This document shows, piece by piece, positions 55,533 to 64,000 of a DNA stretch of 64,000 bases. A model generated the notes under the pieces. It saw only the letters and a list, made by a program, of their open reading frames with translations. It searched no databases and had not been told where the DNA came from. The stretch's first letter is position 1. Every line of letters starts with the position of its first letter. The translations under genes were made by a program, and so were the position numbers. Source of the DNA: Candidatus Oxydemutatoraceae bacterium (GTDB lineage: Bacteria; Pseudomonadota; Gammaproteobacteria; Poriferisulfidales; Oxydemutatoraceae); NCBI GenBank assembly GCA_965219575.1, contig OZ244779.1, positions 108,769 through 172,768 of the forward strand. The letters run 5' to 3'.

Positions 55533-56162
55533 TTGGAATATACAAAACTACTGCAGCGACAATGCTCCGAGCTCGGTATTAATGCAACCGACGCGGAATT
55601 AAACAAGATATTTCGGTGGATTGAATTACTGCAAAAATGGAACCGAACATACAACCTGACGGCAATAAAAGAAACCGAGCAAATCGTTCGTCGCTTGGTA
55701 ATCGGTAGCCTTGCGGCGATCCCCTATCTGCACGGCGACACCGTGTTGGATGTAGGTAGTGGCAATGGCGTGCCGGGCATCGCGTTGGCAATCTTCGCAC
55801 CACAATACCGCTATACATTGATCGACGGCAACGGCAAAAAAACCCGTTTCTTAGAATACTGCCGAGTGTCTTTAGCACTTGCCAATATAGAGGTGAAACA
55901 AGTGCGGGCAGAAAATTTTACAACCGCAGTCAAATTTGACACGATAATCAGCCGCGCCCTCGGCAATTTAGACCGCTTTATCTCCATAACCCTGCATCTG
56001 GGGCACAAACAAACCCGCTGGCTGACATTCAAAGGTAAAATAAGCCGACGCGAGATTCAACAATTCCGTGATACCGCAAGCGATTCGGGGCTGAGGCATA
56101 GCCTGAAAAAGCTCGATACCGGGGAAGACGAAACTCAAAACTTGGTTCTTATGAGATACTAG
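55533..56162 (+). CDS. rsmG: 16S rRNA m7G527 methyltransferase
   Basis: KWNRTYNLTAI, DVGSGNGVPGI and SRA. Confidence 0.93.
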   Translation: MEYTKLLQRQCSELGINATDAELNKIFRWIELLQKWNRTYNLTAIKETEQIVRRLVIGSLAAIPYLHGDTVLDVGSGNGVPGIALAIFAPQYRYTLIDGNGKKTRFLEYCRVSLALANIEVKQVRAENFTTAVKFDTIISRALGNLDRFISITLHLGHKQTRWLTFKGKISRREIQQFRDTASDSGLRHSLKKLDTGEDETQNLVLMRY

Positions 56163-56174
56163 AGCGATAGAACA

Positions 56175-56951
56175 ATGACAACCATCTATGCAATAACCAA
56201 CCAAAAAGGCGGTGTCGGCAAAACGACGACCAGCGTGAATTTAGCGGCAGGTTTGGCGGCTGCCAAACGGCGCGTGCTATTGATAGACATGGACCCGCAA
56301 GGCAACGCAACCTCCGGTAGCAATGTCGACAAAAATGAATTAACCGCGACGACCGCGAATTTGCTCGACGGCACACCGCTGATAGACTGCATTAGTTCGT
56401 GCGATACCGCAGGCTACGATCTGGTCGGTGCAAACTCGGCACTGACCGTCACCGAAGTCAATATGACACGGCAAGAGAACAGTAGTTTTTACTTACGAGA
56501 TACCTTACAACAAACCGACCACTACGACTATGTTTTGCTGGATTGCCCGCCGACACTCAATACACTGACGATGAATGCATTGGTTGCCGCCGAAGGTGTA
56601 ATCATTCCGATACAATGCGAGTACTACGCTTTGGAAGGTCTCTCCGCTTTGGTCGAAACCATAGAGCGTATACGCCAAACCGTCAACCCTCGGTTGCGCA
56701 TAGAAGGCGTGTTGCGGACGATGTACGACCCGCGCAACAACCTCGCCCGCGATGTGTCCGAACAACTCAGCGTTTTCTTTGAAAAAGAACTCTACCACAC
56801 CGTCATTCCCCGTAATGTAACCCTCGCCGAAGCACCCAGCCACGGATTATCCATCATACAATACGACAAAGCGTCCAAAGGTGCCGTCGCCTATATAGAA
56901 CTCGTCGGCGAGATATTGAGACGGCAAAAAGCCGATGCAAAGGTAGGCTGA
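56175..56951 (+). CDS. parA: Chromosome partitioning ATPase ParA/Soj
   Basis: NQKGGVGKTT, DMDPQGNAT, DCPP, QCEYYALEG and LAEAPSHG. Confidence 0.95.
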   Translation: MTTIYAITNQKGGVGKTTTSVNLAAGLAAAKRRVLLIDMDPQGNATSGSNVDKNELTATTANLLDGTPLIDCISSCDTAGYDLVGANSALTVTEVNMTRQENSSFYLRDTLQQTDHYDYVLLDCPPTLNTLTMNALVAAEGVIIPIQCEYYALEGLSALVETIERIRQTVNPRLRIEGVLRTMYDPRNNLARDVSEQLSVFFEKELYHTVIPRNVTLAEAPSHGLSIIQYDKASKGAVAYIELVGEILRRQKADAKVG

Positions 56952-56990
56952 AATACTCGTTTGCGTGTTATTTAACCGAAGTGAACAACA

Positions 56991-57893
56991 GTGAATAAAA
57001 AGAAGGCACAAACCAAAAAACGACGAGGGTTGGGTTCTCTGGGCGTAGACGCACTGCTAACGACACGCATCGATGCCGAAACCGATACCGAACAAGACGA
57101 GCAGATTTTGCATATAGCACCCGATAGAATACAACCCAGCCGCTATCAGCCGCGTAAAAACATCGACGAGGAGTCTTTACAAGAACTCGCAGAATCGATC
57201 AAACATCAGGGACTGTTGCAACCTATCGTCCTACGCACACAAAACGACACCGACGGTCGTTATGAACTCATCGCCGGCGAACGTCGTTGGCGCGCCGCGC
57301 AACTAGCCGGTGTTAAGAAAATTCCTGCAATATTAAAAAAAGTGGATGAAAATACCGCTGCCGCCATCGCACTCGTAGAAAATATACAACGCGAGGACTT
57401 AAGCGCAATAGAAGAAGCAACGGCAATAAAACAACTGATACTAAAGTTTGATATGACGCACGAACAGGTGGCAACCGCCATAGGACGCTCGCGCCCTGCG
57501 GTTTCAAACCTGTTGCGGCTCTTGGAACTTGCGCCCGAAGTGCGTAGCTGGATGACCGAAGGCCGCTTGGAGATGGCACATGCGCGTCCTCTGCTGGCGT
57601 TGGATAAAGCCGAACAAACCGATACCGCCCGCCTCATCATCGGGCGCAATATGAGCGTACGAGAAGTTGAAGAGTATGTGAGGAAACTATCGGATAAGAA
57701 AAAGAAAAAAAAGACGAGTAGAAAGAAAAAACCCCGCGACGATGCCGAAATCGCTCAACTGGAACGCCACCTGTCGGAACATTTGGGTACGACGGTTAAG
57801 GTGAAATATAGCAAAAAGACCGGCAACGGCTCGCTGGTGATTTATTACACCTCGCTCGACGGACTGGATAATATCATAGACAAAATAACCTGA
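56991..57893 (+). CDS. parB: Chromosome partitioning protein ParB
   Basis: QPRK, IAGERRWRAA, ENIQREDL and an HTH. Confidence 0.95.
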   Translation: MNKKKAQTKKRRGLGSLGVDALLTTRIDAETDTEQDEQILHIAPDRIQPSRYQPRKNIDEESLQELAESIKHQGLLQPIVLRTQNDTDGRYELIAGERRWRAAQLAGVKKIPAILKKVDENTAAAIALVENIQREDLSAIEEATAIKQLILKFDMTHEQVATAIGRSRPAVSNLLRLLELAPEVRSWMTEGRLEMAHARPLLALDKAEQTDTARLIIGRNMSVREVEEYVRKLSDKKKKKKTSRKKKPRDDAEIAQLERHLSEHLGTTVKVKYSKKTGNGSLVIYYTSLDGLDNIIDKIT

Positions 57894-57970
57894 TCGCACG
57901 CCGACATCGTGTGGCCGGTAGCCTCGGATAGAATGGGTGAGTTGTTTGTGGGGTCGTAAGAACCGACCAA

Positions 57971-58708
57971 TTATTGATCGTTTAGAATGCCCTCTAGGAA
58001 TACCCTGACAGAGGCAGTGATTGTTAGAGGCATCGGAGGAAGCGCACGCACGATGTTCATATCATAGAATTGTATGTCGCTCTGATCCTCTGAAATTACC
58101 TCAACCCTAACTTCGTTTAGACCCGTAGTTAATGTGATACCGCTATTTATATCGAACGTGTTATCGGCTGTTCTTCCCGACGATCCTCTTACGCTAAGTC
58201 TGGTAATGAATGCGACCGCGCTATCCGGCGCAGCAATGACCCTTGTATTTACTACATCATTCCCAACATTTATGGAATACATAGTCGTGCCGGCATCAAA
58301 ATCAAAATCAATACCTTCTAGCTCCAAACTGTACAGTGCCGCCTCGTCGGGAGCAGTAGGAATACCCGACTGCCTCAACATCCATCCTATAACTTGATGA
58401 CATTGATTGTCATTGCTGAAGTCGGGATAATTACCGGGACAAACTGAATGATTAAGTCTAACATCGTTTTCATCTAACCCTAGTCTTATATTCCTTTGTA
58501 GCTGGCGTATTCCACCGGGTATCAAGCGTTCTCTCCATGCGGCTTCGTTTTGCTCACTTACTGTAGGAGCCGAGCCTCCTTCAACACTATGGCATCCTGC
58601 ACAATTATCGTTATATCTTACCTGAGGTCGCTGTGCCATAGCCGAATTTGTAAACAGCAGTATCAATACTAAAACCGACACTATGTCAAGTTGTTTTAGG
58701 GAATGCAT
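57971..58708 (-). CDS. Secreted cytochrome c5-like + cadherin-like protein with VFLEG C-terminus
   Basis: Signal peptide, YNDNCAGCH..AP...WRERL, cadherin-like beta-sandwich, ends VRVFLEGILNDQ. Confidence 0.72.
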   Translation of the reverse strand: MHSLKQLDIVSVLVLILLFTNSAMAQRPQVRYNDNCAGCHSVEGGSAPTVSEQNEAAWRERLIPGGIRQLQRNIRLGLDENDVRLNHSVCPGNYPDFSNDNQCHQVIGWMLRQSGIPTAPDEAALYSLELEGIDFDFDAGTTMYSINVGNDVVNTRVIAAPDSAVAFITRLSVRGSSGRTADNTFDINSGITLTTGLNEVRVEVISEDQSDIQFYDMNIVRALPPMPLTITASVRVFLEGILNDQ

Positions 58709-58840
58709 TTTGTAATCGCTTTCAAAATTAAATGATTTTATCTATACAATTAAGGAATTGTACTATAACTATCAATTTGTGCAATGGAGAGCAGAATCCC
58801 CTAATCCTCAAGTGCTATTGTGAGGCTACTGAGAGAAAAA

Positions 58841-59395
58841 CCGCCGATTGACCTACTGGTTCAATCGGCGGTTCTATTCAGCCTGACGGGGTGGTTGCGT
58901 CGTGTCTGCATGATTTATACATTCATCCATCCAATTTATGGAAACCATTATTTGTTGGCGCAAGCGGTTGCGGCTGTGCAGAGCGGCACTTAAGGGCAGA
59001 CATCATAATTGCCGATTGACCTACTGGCTCAATCGGCGGCTCTATCCTGCACCTACGGCTTGGTGGTTATTATAAATTCATGGCGCAAACGGCTACGGTT
59101 GCACGCCGACGATACTTTTTCAACAGCCCCATCTGGGGTTGTTGAAAAAGTATTTCATAGAGTGGTAGGGGCGGACTGGCATGTCCGCCCGTAACGCGTT
59201 ACATCTGCACGATTTATACATTCATCCATACAATTTATGGAAACCATTATTTGTTGGCGCAAGCGGTTGCGGCTGTGAAGAGCGGCACTTAAGGGCAGAC
59301 ATTAAAATTGCCGATTGACCTACCGGCTCAATCGGCGGCTTTATCCTGCCCCTACGGCTTGGTGGTTATTATAAATTCGTGGCGCAAGCGGCTGT
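58841..59395. repeat. Two partial composite repeats with hairpin-in-hairpin insertions
   Basis: Core segments, palindromic junction at ~59115-59150, and GCCGATTGA hairpins inside REP loops. Confidence 0.82.
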
Positions 59396-59427
59396 GGGAT
59401 TATATGAACCGGCGAATTATTGGCCGT

Positions 59428-59961
59428 TCAGAAGGCTTTATAGGAATATATCCTGCCGTTGACAGTCGGATTGTTAGGAGCAGAGGCAGGATTAATAATA
59501 AAATTCAAGGTGCGATTATCCTCATTGATTTGGTCAATGGAGGTCATATATTGATCGCTAAATCTGATCAGCCTAACGGTTAAGGCTCCGAGTGTATCGG
59601 GATCATTCAATTCTAATGTTACTCTCACGCTTTGGCTACGGCCTGTACAGATTGTAAATCGGGGGGGGTCATTCGGGAGTCGAATAACACTTGGAATACA
59701 TCTATCGTCCGACGTAGAACGCACAAGTTTAATCTCGCTAAGATCGGCACCGTCAATTTGAATCAATGCGTTTGCGGTGAAACCGGCATCCAATTGGCTG
59801 GGGGGGGTTATGGTGAACCCTACTGTGTTACCATCCCTTAAAGGGTTCGACAAGCCGACTACCTGAGCAAAAGCCACATTTGCAGAGCAGACGAGCAATA
59901 AGCACAAACCAATACGGAGCGAGGCACGTTGCAAGTATTTAATTAGGTGTGTATCCTTCAT
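59428..59961 (-). CDS. Secreted paralogue with frameshifted/degenerate VFLEG tail
   Basis: AQVVGLSNPLRDGNT matches the 60080 gene. The 3' DNA aligns to the VFLEG tail but carries a 2-nt insertion. Confidence 0.7.
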   Translation of the reverse strand: MKDTHLIKYLQRASLRIGLCLLLVCSANVAFAQVVGLSNPLRDGNTVGFTITPPSQLDAGFTANALIQIDGADLSEIKLVRSTSDDRCIPSVIRLPNDPPRFTICTGRSQSVRVTLELNDPDTLGALTVRLIRFSDQYMTSIDQINEDNRTLNFIINPASAPNNPTVNGRIYSYKAF

Positions 59962-60079
59962 GAAATTTCGTTATATCCATCGTTATGCAGTATTATACGA
60001 GAACCACTTTTGGTCTGTCACAAGTGGTAAAAATAAATTTAGTGGCGCAAGCGGCTGTAGGGTTATCTGGACCGGCGAA

Positions 60080-60625
60080 TTATTCGTCGTTTAGAATGCC
60101 CTCTAGGAATACCCTAACATTAACAGTCGGATTGCTAGAGGCGGGGGCAGAGGCAATAGAGGGGAAGCTACTCAGCACGCGATTATTCAGAGGAATAGTA
60201 TTTTCAATGTTTTCGGTGCTATATTCGTTGCCATATATAATACTATTAAATGCTACAAGAGTAATAGTTAAGTCTTCAGGTATAGAGTCATTCACTTTAA
60301 ATTCTACTCCCACTGTTTGTCTATCCCTTGTGCAGATTAGGTATCCAAAGTTTCTGAGTGGAAGAGAGGTGCCAATACTGCAGTCATTGTCCTCCGTAAA
60401 CCCCATAACCTCCAGAGGTCCTGTCATCAGATTAGTGCCCTCAATTAGAATCTGTGCGTTTGCAATTGGATTATTCTGTATGCTGGGAAGGTTTATGGTG
60501 AACCTTATTGTGTTACCATCCCTTGAAGGGTCCGACAAGCCGACTACCTGAGCAAAAACCGAATTTGTGAATAGTAGTGCCGACATTAAAACCGACAATA
60601 TACCAAGTTGTTTGAAATAACCCAT
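60080..60625 (-). CDS. Secreted beta-sandwich-like protein with VFLEG C-terminus
   Basis: Signal peptide, Cys pair, ends NPTVNVRVFLEGILNDE. Confidence 0.75.
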   Translation of the reverse strand: MGYFKQLGILSVLMSALLFTNSVFAQVVGLSDPSRDGNTIRFTINLPSIQNNPIANAQILIEGTNLMTGPLEVMGFTEDNDCSIGTSLPLRNFGYLICTRDRQTVGVEFKVNDSIPEDLTITLVAFNSIIYGNEYSTENIENTIPLNNRVLSSFPSIASAPASSNPTVNVRVFLEGILNDE

Positions 60626-60742
60626 TTATAACCTTCTTTAATATTGAATGTTCTTTATTGTACAGGCGTAATCTTATCATAATTACACATTTTTACAATG
60701 GAAAGCGACAGAAAATTGTCGGTATTTTTGAGGGGACTCTGC

Positions 60743-62017
60743 TTAAGAGGGGGTGGGATGCCTTTTTAGATAGTCGGAAATCGCCTGCATTACAAAGTCT
60801 TTAGCTTGTTGACGGCTTACAAAACCCGTAGACTTTTCAATGAATTCTTGGGTGCTAATCGATACGGAGTCGCTCATTCCTTGCGGTGGCTTAGCTTTGG
60901 TTTTAAGATACTTTGCGTCATACTGCATCTCAATAAATTCCTTTGTTATTTTTTTTGCTACAGATTGATTATGCATTATTTTCAGTTCCGCTAAAGAGCT
61001 GATTTCCCCTGTGCGTACTTGTTCGTGTATCTCGGCAGATAGTTTTATTTCTTTATCTATGACGTGTTCGAAAAGCTGTTGGGCGGATTCACTCATCGGT
61101 TTTTTCGTCGGCGCAGTATTTTGTTCGCCCAGTGTTTTTATAAATGCATCGGCATATTCGGCGATTGTTTGATGTGCAATAGAAGAGGCTTCGTCTTCGG
61201 TTATTCCTTGTTCCGACGAGAAGTGTGCTTTTATAATCGCTTCTTGAATATTCGAAGTCAGCCTGTTTCTTTCTGCTAAGTTCTGATTATAAATCTTAAC
61301 AAGTTTATGATATTTAGGGGCGGATAACTTTGCCAAAACCTGCGTGTAGCAATGCTCGAGATTGAAATATTTGGATGCCGACAATAAGTTCTTTACTCGC
61401 TCACCGATATGGTTTTCAATAAACTTTCCGGCGATTGCCGATGCGGTTGTTTTCGAGACTACTCCGCCTTTCCGATAAGCCTCTTCTATAATGGCTTCTT
61501 GAATACGAGAGTTTAGTTTTTCAATTTCGGTTTTCCCGAATGTATAATCTACTTTTTTGGATGCATCATTTATTGCCACAGAAGGATGTTTAGATATCTC
61601 TTTAACCAATAATTCGTTGCATTGCTGCGGCGACAAATAGGCTTGTGTATCGGCTAAAGTACCCTTGACGATATCTAGATTTTTTAATGCTTGTCGTACT
61701 TGGCGCGCCGACAAAGGCTTATTTTGTCTACCGAGTTTGTAAAGCCTGCTAATATCGTCCTTGCCGACTTCGTGATTCCCGTTGTATTTTCTAAGGGTTT
61801 CATCGTGGGCGTGTTTAACCTCGGCGATGAAAGAGTCGGTAGCCATCTTATACTCTTGATTGACTTTAGTCGGGTTGTACTTAGACTTTATCCAAGTAAC
61901 AAAGCGCGATAAAAAGGAACCACCTCGCACATCCAATCTGTTCGTGGTTTGATTGAAGAAAACATTGCCTTCTCTACGGGCAACACTTTGAAAATCGCTT
62001 GTACTGAATGTCGGCAT
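60743..62017 (-). CDS. Hypothetical helical protein, candidate secreted effector
   Basis: Purine-rich RBS before MPTFSTSDF; no Sec signal; GSFLSRFVTWIK segment; directly downstream of the SopB-like gene. Confidence 0.65.
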   Translation of the reverse strand: MPTFSTSDFQSVARREGNVFFNQTTNRLDVRGGSFLSRFVTWIKSKYNPTKVNQEYKMATDSFIAEVKHAHDETLRKYNGNHEVGKDDISRLYKLGRQNKPLSARQVRQALKNLDIVKGTLADTQAYLSPQQCNELLVKEISKHPSVAINDASKKVDYTFGKTEIEKLNSRIQEAIIEEAYRKGGVVSKTTASAIAGKFIENHIGERVKNLLSASKYFNLEHCYTQVLAKLSAPKYHKLVKIYNQNLAERNRLTSNIQEAIIKAHFSSEQGITEDEASSIAHQTIAEYADAFIKTLGEQNTAPTKKPMSESAQQLFEHVIDKEIKLSAEIHEQVRTGEISSLAELKIMHNQSVAKKITKEFIEMQYDAKYLKTKAKPPQGMSDSVSISTQEFIEKSTGFVSRQQAKDFVMQAISDYLKRHPTPS

Positions 62018-62075
62018 ATTCCCCCCTTCCTTTGGAATTTTTAGCACAAGTCTTAGGACATTGATTTTCTCGGAA

Positions 62076-64000
62076 TTAGGTCTTGACGAACTTGGAGCCA
62101 CCCTGATACAAAGCAAGCAGGTCGGCATCCATTCCTTGATCAAGCCCCGGCACCCCCTTCAATTTATATCCTTTGAGACCAACCGTCATTTGCTGCATTT
62201 CATGGTTTCCGGTATTCAGCGCAAAGTTGGTTCGCTCGCGTCTGGATTCTACGGTGTACTCGGCATCGGGTTCGGGGATACGCCCGTTCGTGTACCCTAC
62301 CGCGGCAAGGTATTTCGCTTCGGCATCCAACTGCCCGGTACGATCTTTACCGCTTTTGCAGTTATAAAGCGTTGTTTCTCCCATCAGGTGACTAACCAAC
62401 GCTAGGCGAGAGACCATTTTATAGGGTTCTTTACCGCCGCTCCTGAAAGACTCGTTGCGCCATATTGTTTTTGCTTGTGTTGCCGCTTGTTCCAGCAATG
62501 CTCCGTGCCTTTGCGTCGGCGCATCATCGCTGGCAGCCATTTGTGCCACTTTTTGCGCCACGGCACCCCCCAAATTACGGTCTTTAGGATCACCGAGCAT
62601 ATCGCGCAATTCCGGATTATTCAAATTCGCGGCAAATCCCCAGCCCATCGCCTTGGGCCACAACGGCGTGCTCGGACCTAGTACGCCTTTGCTTGTCGCA
62701 ACCGCGCCTTTGTTGACACCGAAATTCAAGGTGCGAACCTTAGTCCGAACTCTGATTTGTCTCTCGGCTCCTTCACCGTCTCGCACCTTAATAGCCACGC
62801 CCTCCGGCGAATCCGCCAAGGCTTTTAGGCTTTCGGTTTGATGCCTTAGCATCGTCTTTTCATCACCCGATGCCCCGGCTTTAAGATGTGCTCGCAATAC
62901 ATCGGGTGTCACCAAAGAGATTGAATTTAAGGTCACATCGACAATCTCCCCGTTTAGGGCGGCATTCAGCTTTTGAGGATCCGATACCACCGCAGCGGCT
63001 AATAATTCTCTTGCCATCACTTTGCTCGACTCGGTGCGAAGTTTACCGGCAATATCGGGCATTTCCGGATTACCTTCTTTAATTTGCCGGGCAATCATCG
63101 TTGCGTAGATGTCGGGATCTTGCCCGGGTGGGATGTCGACGGCATGGTTATCAAGCAATAATTCTTTGACCATCGTACTCAGTTGTGTTTCGGGCAAAAT
63201 CTTGAGATTCTTGTTGTTCAACATATACGGATCCAAGATACCGTGGCGTATTCCCGAGAATAAAACCTCGCCGTTTTTTGCAGTCATCCGAGAGTGTGCC
63301 ATATTGGGCACATGTTTGTACTGCATACGATCCATAGAACTGATGCCGTTGCTCGGATAATCTGCAGCGAAACTTTTTGCCAGATGACCGGCCGGCGTAA
63401 TCGTGCTTGTTGCGGTATGTTTTCCTGCTGCCATTGTGAACTCAAGTTCTTTGTTGACCACCGGCCATTCTTGGTTGTTGACTTCACCGATTATGCCCTG
63501 TCTCAATAAAAAACCGACGGGAGGCATCTCCGATTTAGTAACGCCGGCAGCTTTAAGTTGGTGCTTGACGAATAATTCGGTCATCATCGCTTGGGAGATT
63601 TTGGGATGCGACAAGGGGATAAGGTCTTGCTGTGCTTGTGCCGAGAAGTCCTCGTTGGCTTTATCCCACCGAGCGGTGAGCGGGTCCAAAACTTTGGAAC
63701 TATACTTTTTCTCGTCTTTGGCCAAGGTGAAATCTTCGGTTAGTACTTCCTCCAGCGACAGATCGCTGGTTGCCGGATCGTATTGTCCCTTTTCAATCGC
63801 TGCATGTTTCTCGAATTTTTGGATATTTGCCTCAATTGCTTTTGTAATTTTATTGCGCGGCCCCTCACCCATCGGCATCTCTTTTACCGCACGCAAACAC
63901 CCTTTGAGCTGCAACAGGTTATATCCTATGCGCTCCCCTCTGCTAAGCGGTTCTTGCTCCGGCAGGATATCCGAAAACAATGCCGTCATGTCCGCCACAT
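62076..64000 (-). CDS. SopB/IpgD-family inositol phosphate phosphatase (5' end outside window)
   Basis: Catalytic CX5R motif NCKSGKDRTG, plus FSGIRHG, ISLVTP, NFGVN, EPYKM and NTGNHEMQQ. Confidence 0.85.
   Translation of the reverse strand, partial: VADMTALFSDILPEQEPLSRGERIGYNLLQLKGCLRAVKEMPMGEGPRNKITKAIEANIQKFEKHAAIEKGQYDPATSDLSLEEVLTEDFTLAKDEKKYSSKVLDPLTARWDKANEDFSAQAQQDLIPLSHPKISQAMMTELFVKHQLKAAGVTKSEMPPVGFLLRQGIIGEVNNQEWPVVNKELEFTMAAGKHTATSTITPAGHLAKSFAADYPSNGISSMDRMQYKHVPNMAHSRMTAKNGEVLFSGIRHGILDPYMLNNKNLKILPETQLSTMVKELLLDNHAVDIPPGQDPDIYATMIARQIKEGNPEMPDIAGKLRTESSKVMARELLAAAVVSDPQKLNAALNGEIVDVTLNSISLVTPDVLRAHLKAGASGDEKTMLRHQTESLKALADSPEGVAIKVRDGEGAERQIRVRTKVRTLNFGVNKGAVATSKGVLGPSTPLWPKAMGWGFAANLNNPELRDMLGDPKDRNLGGAVAQKVAQMAASDDAPTQRHGALLEQAATQAKTIWRNESFRSGGKEPYKMVSRLALVSHLMGETTLYNCKSGKDRTGQLDAEAKYLAAVGYTNGRIPEPDAEYTVESRRERTNFALNTGNHEMQQMTVGLKGYKLKGVPGLDQGMDADLLALYQGGSKFVKT

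Noticed and set aside
53203-57970. oriC or parS near mnmG-parAB
   Set aside because: No intergenic DnaA-box cluster and no TGTTTCACGTGAAACA-like palindrome were seen.

Overview
Chromosomal window of a sulfur-oxidizing gammaproteobacterium, probably host-associated (inferred from a SopB/IpgD-like effector and a secreted-protein family). The housekeeping backbone is lepA, queA-tgt, dnaQ, pyrB-pyrC'-pyrK-yggS, aroC, aat, trxB, engB, rpsF-rpsR-rplI-dnaB-alr, tRNA-Gly, rpsU-yqeY-rpoH and mnmG-rsmG-parAB. It also carries a soxXYZAKB cluster without soxCD, a bufferin-type DUF2282/DUF692/DUF2063 RiPP cluster and a T2SS gspF-N operon. Accessory features: (1) a duplicated module of a membrane-anchored coiled-coil gene, an AlgR/LytTR-type box and a sigma70 promoter with a poly-C tract (C10 or C16) between -35 and -10, each copy driving a different nuclease; (2) a defence island with an orphan HipA, a T5orf172-like gene and a type III R-M system bounded by a 160-bp duplication of the engB 3' end; (3) four secreted paralogues sharing a C-terminal V(R/K)VFLEG motif (degenerate in one) and shuffled signal peptides; (4) a SopB/IpgD-type phosphoinositide phosphatase with an effector-like neighbour; (5) about 12 copies of a nested palindromic REP/MITE-like element. 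All calls were made by eye from the sequence and ORF track; no database searches were run.
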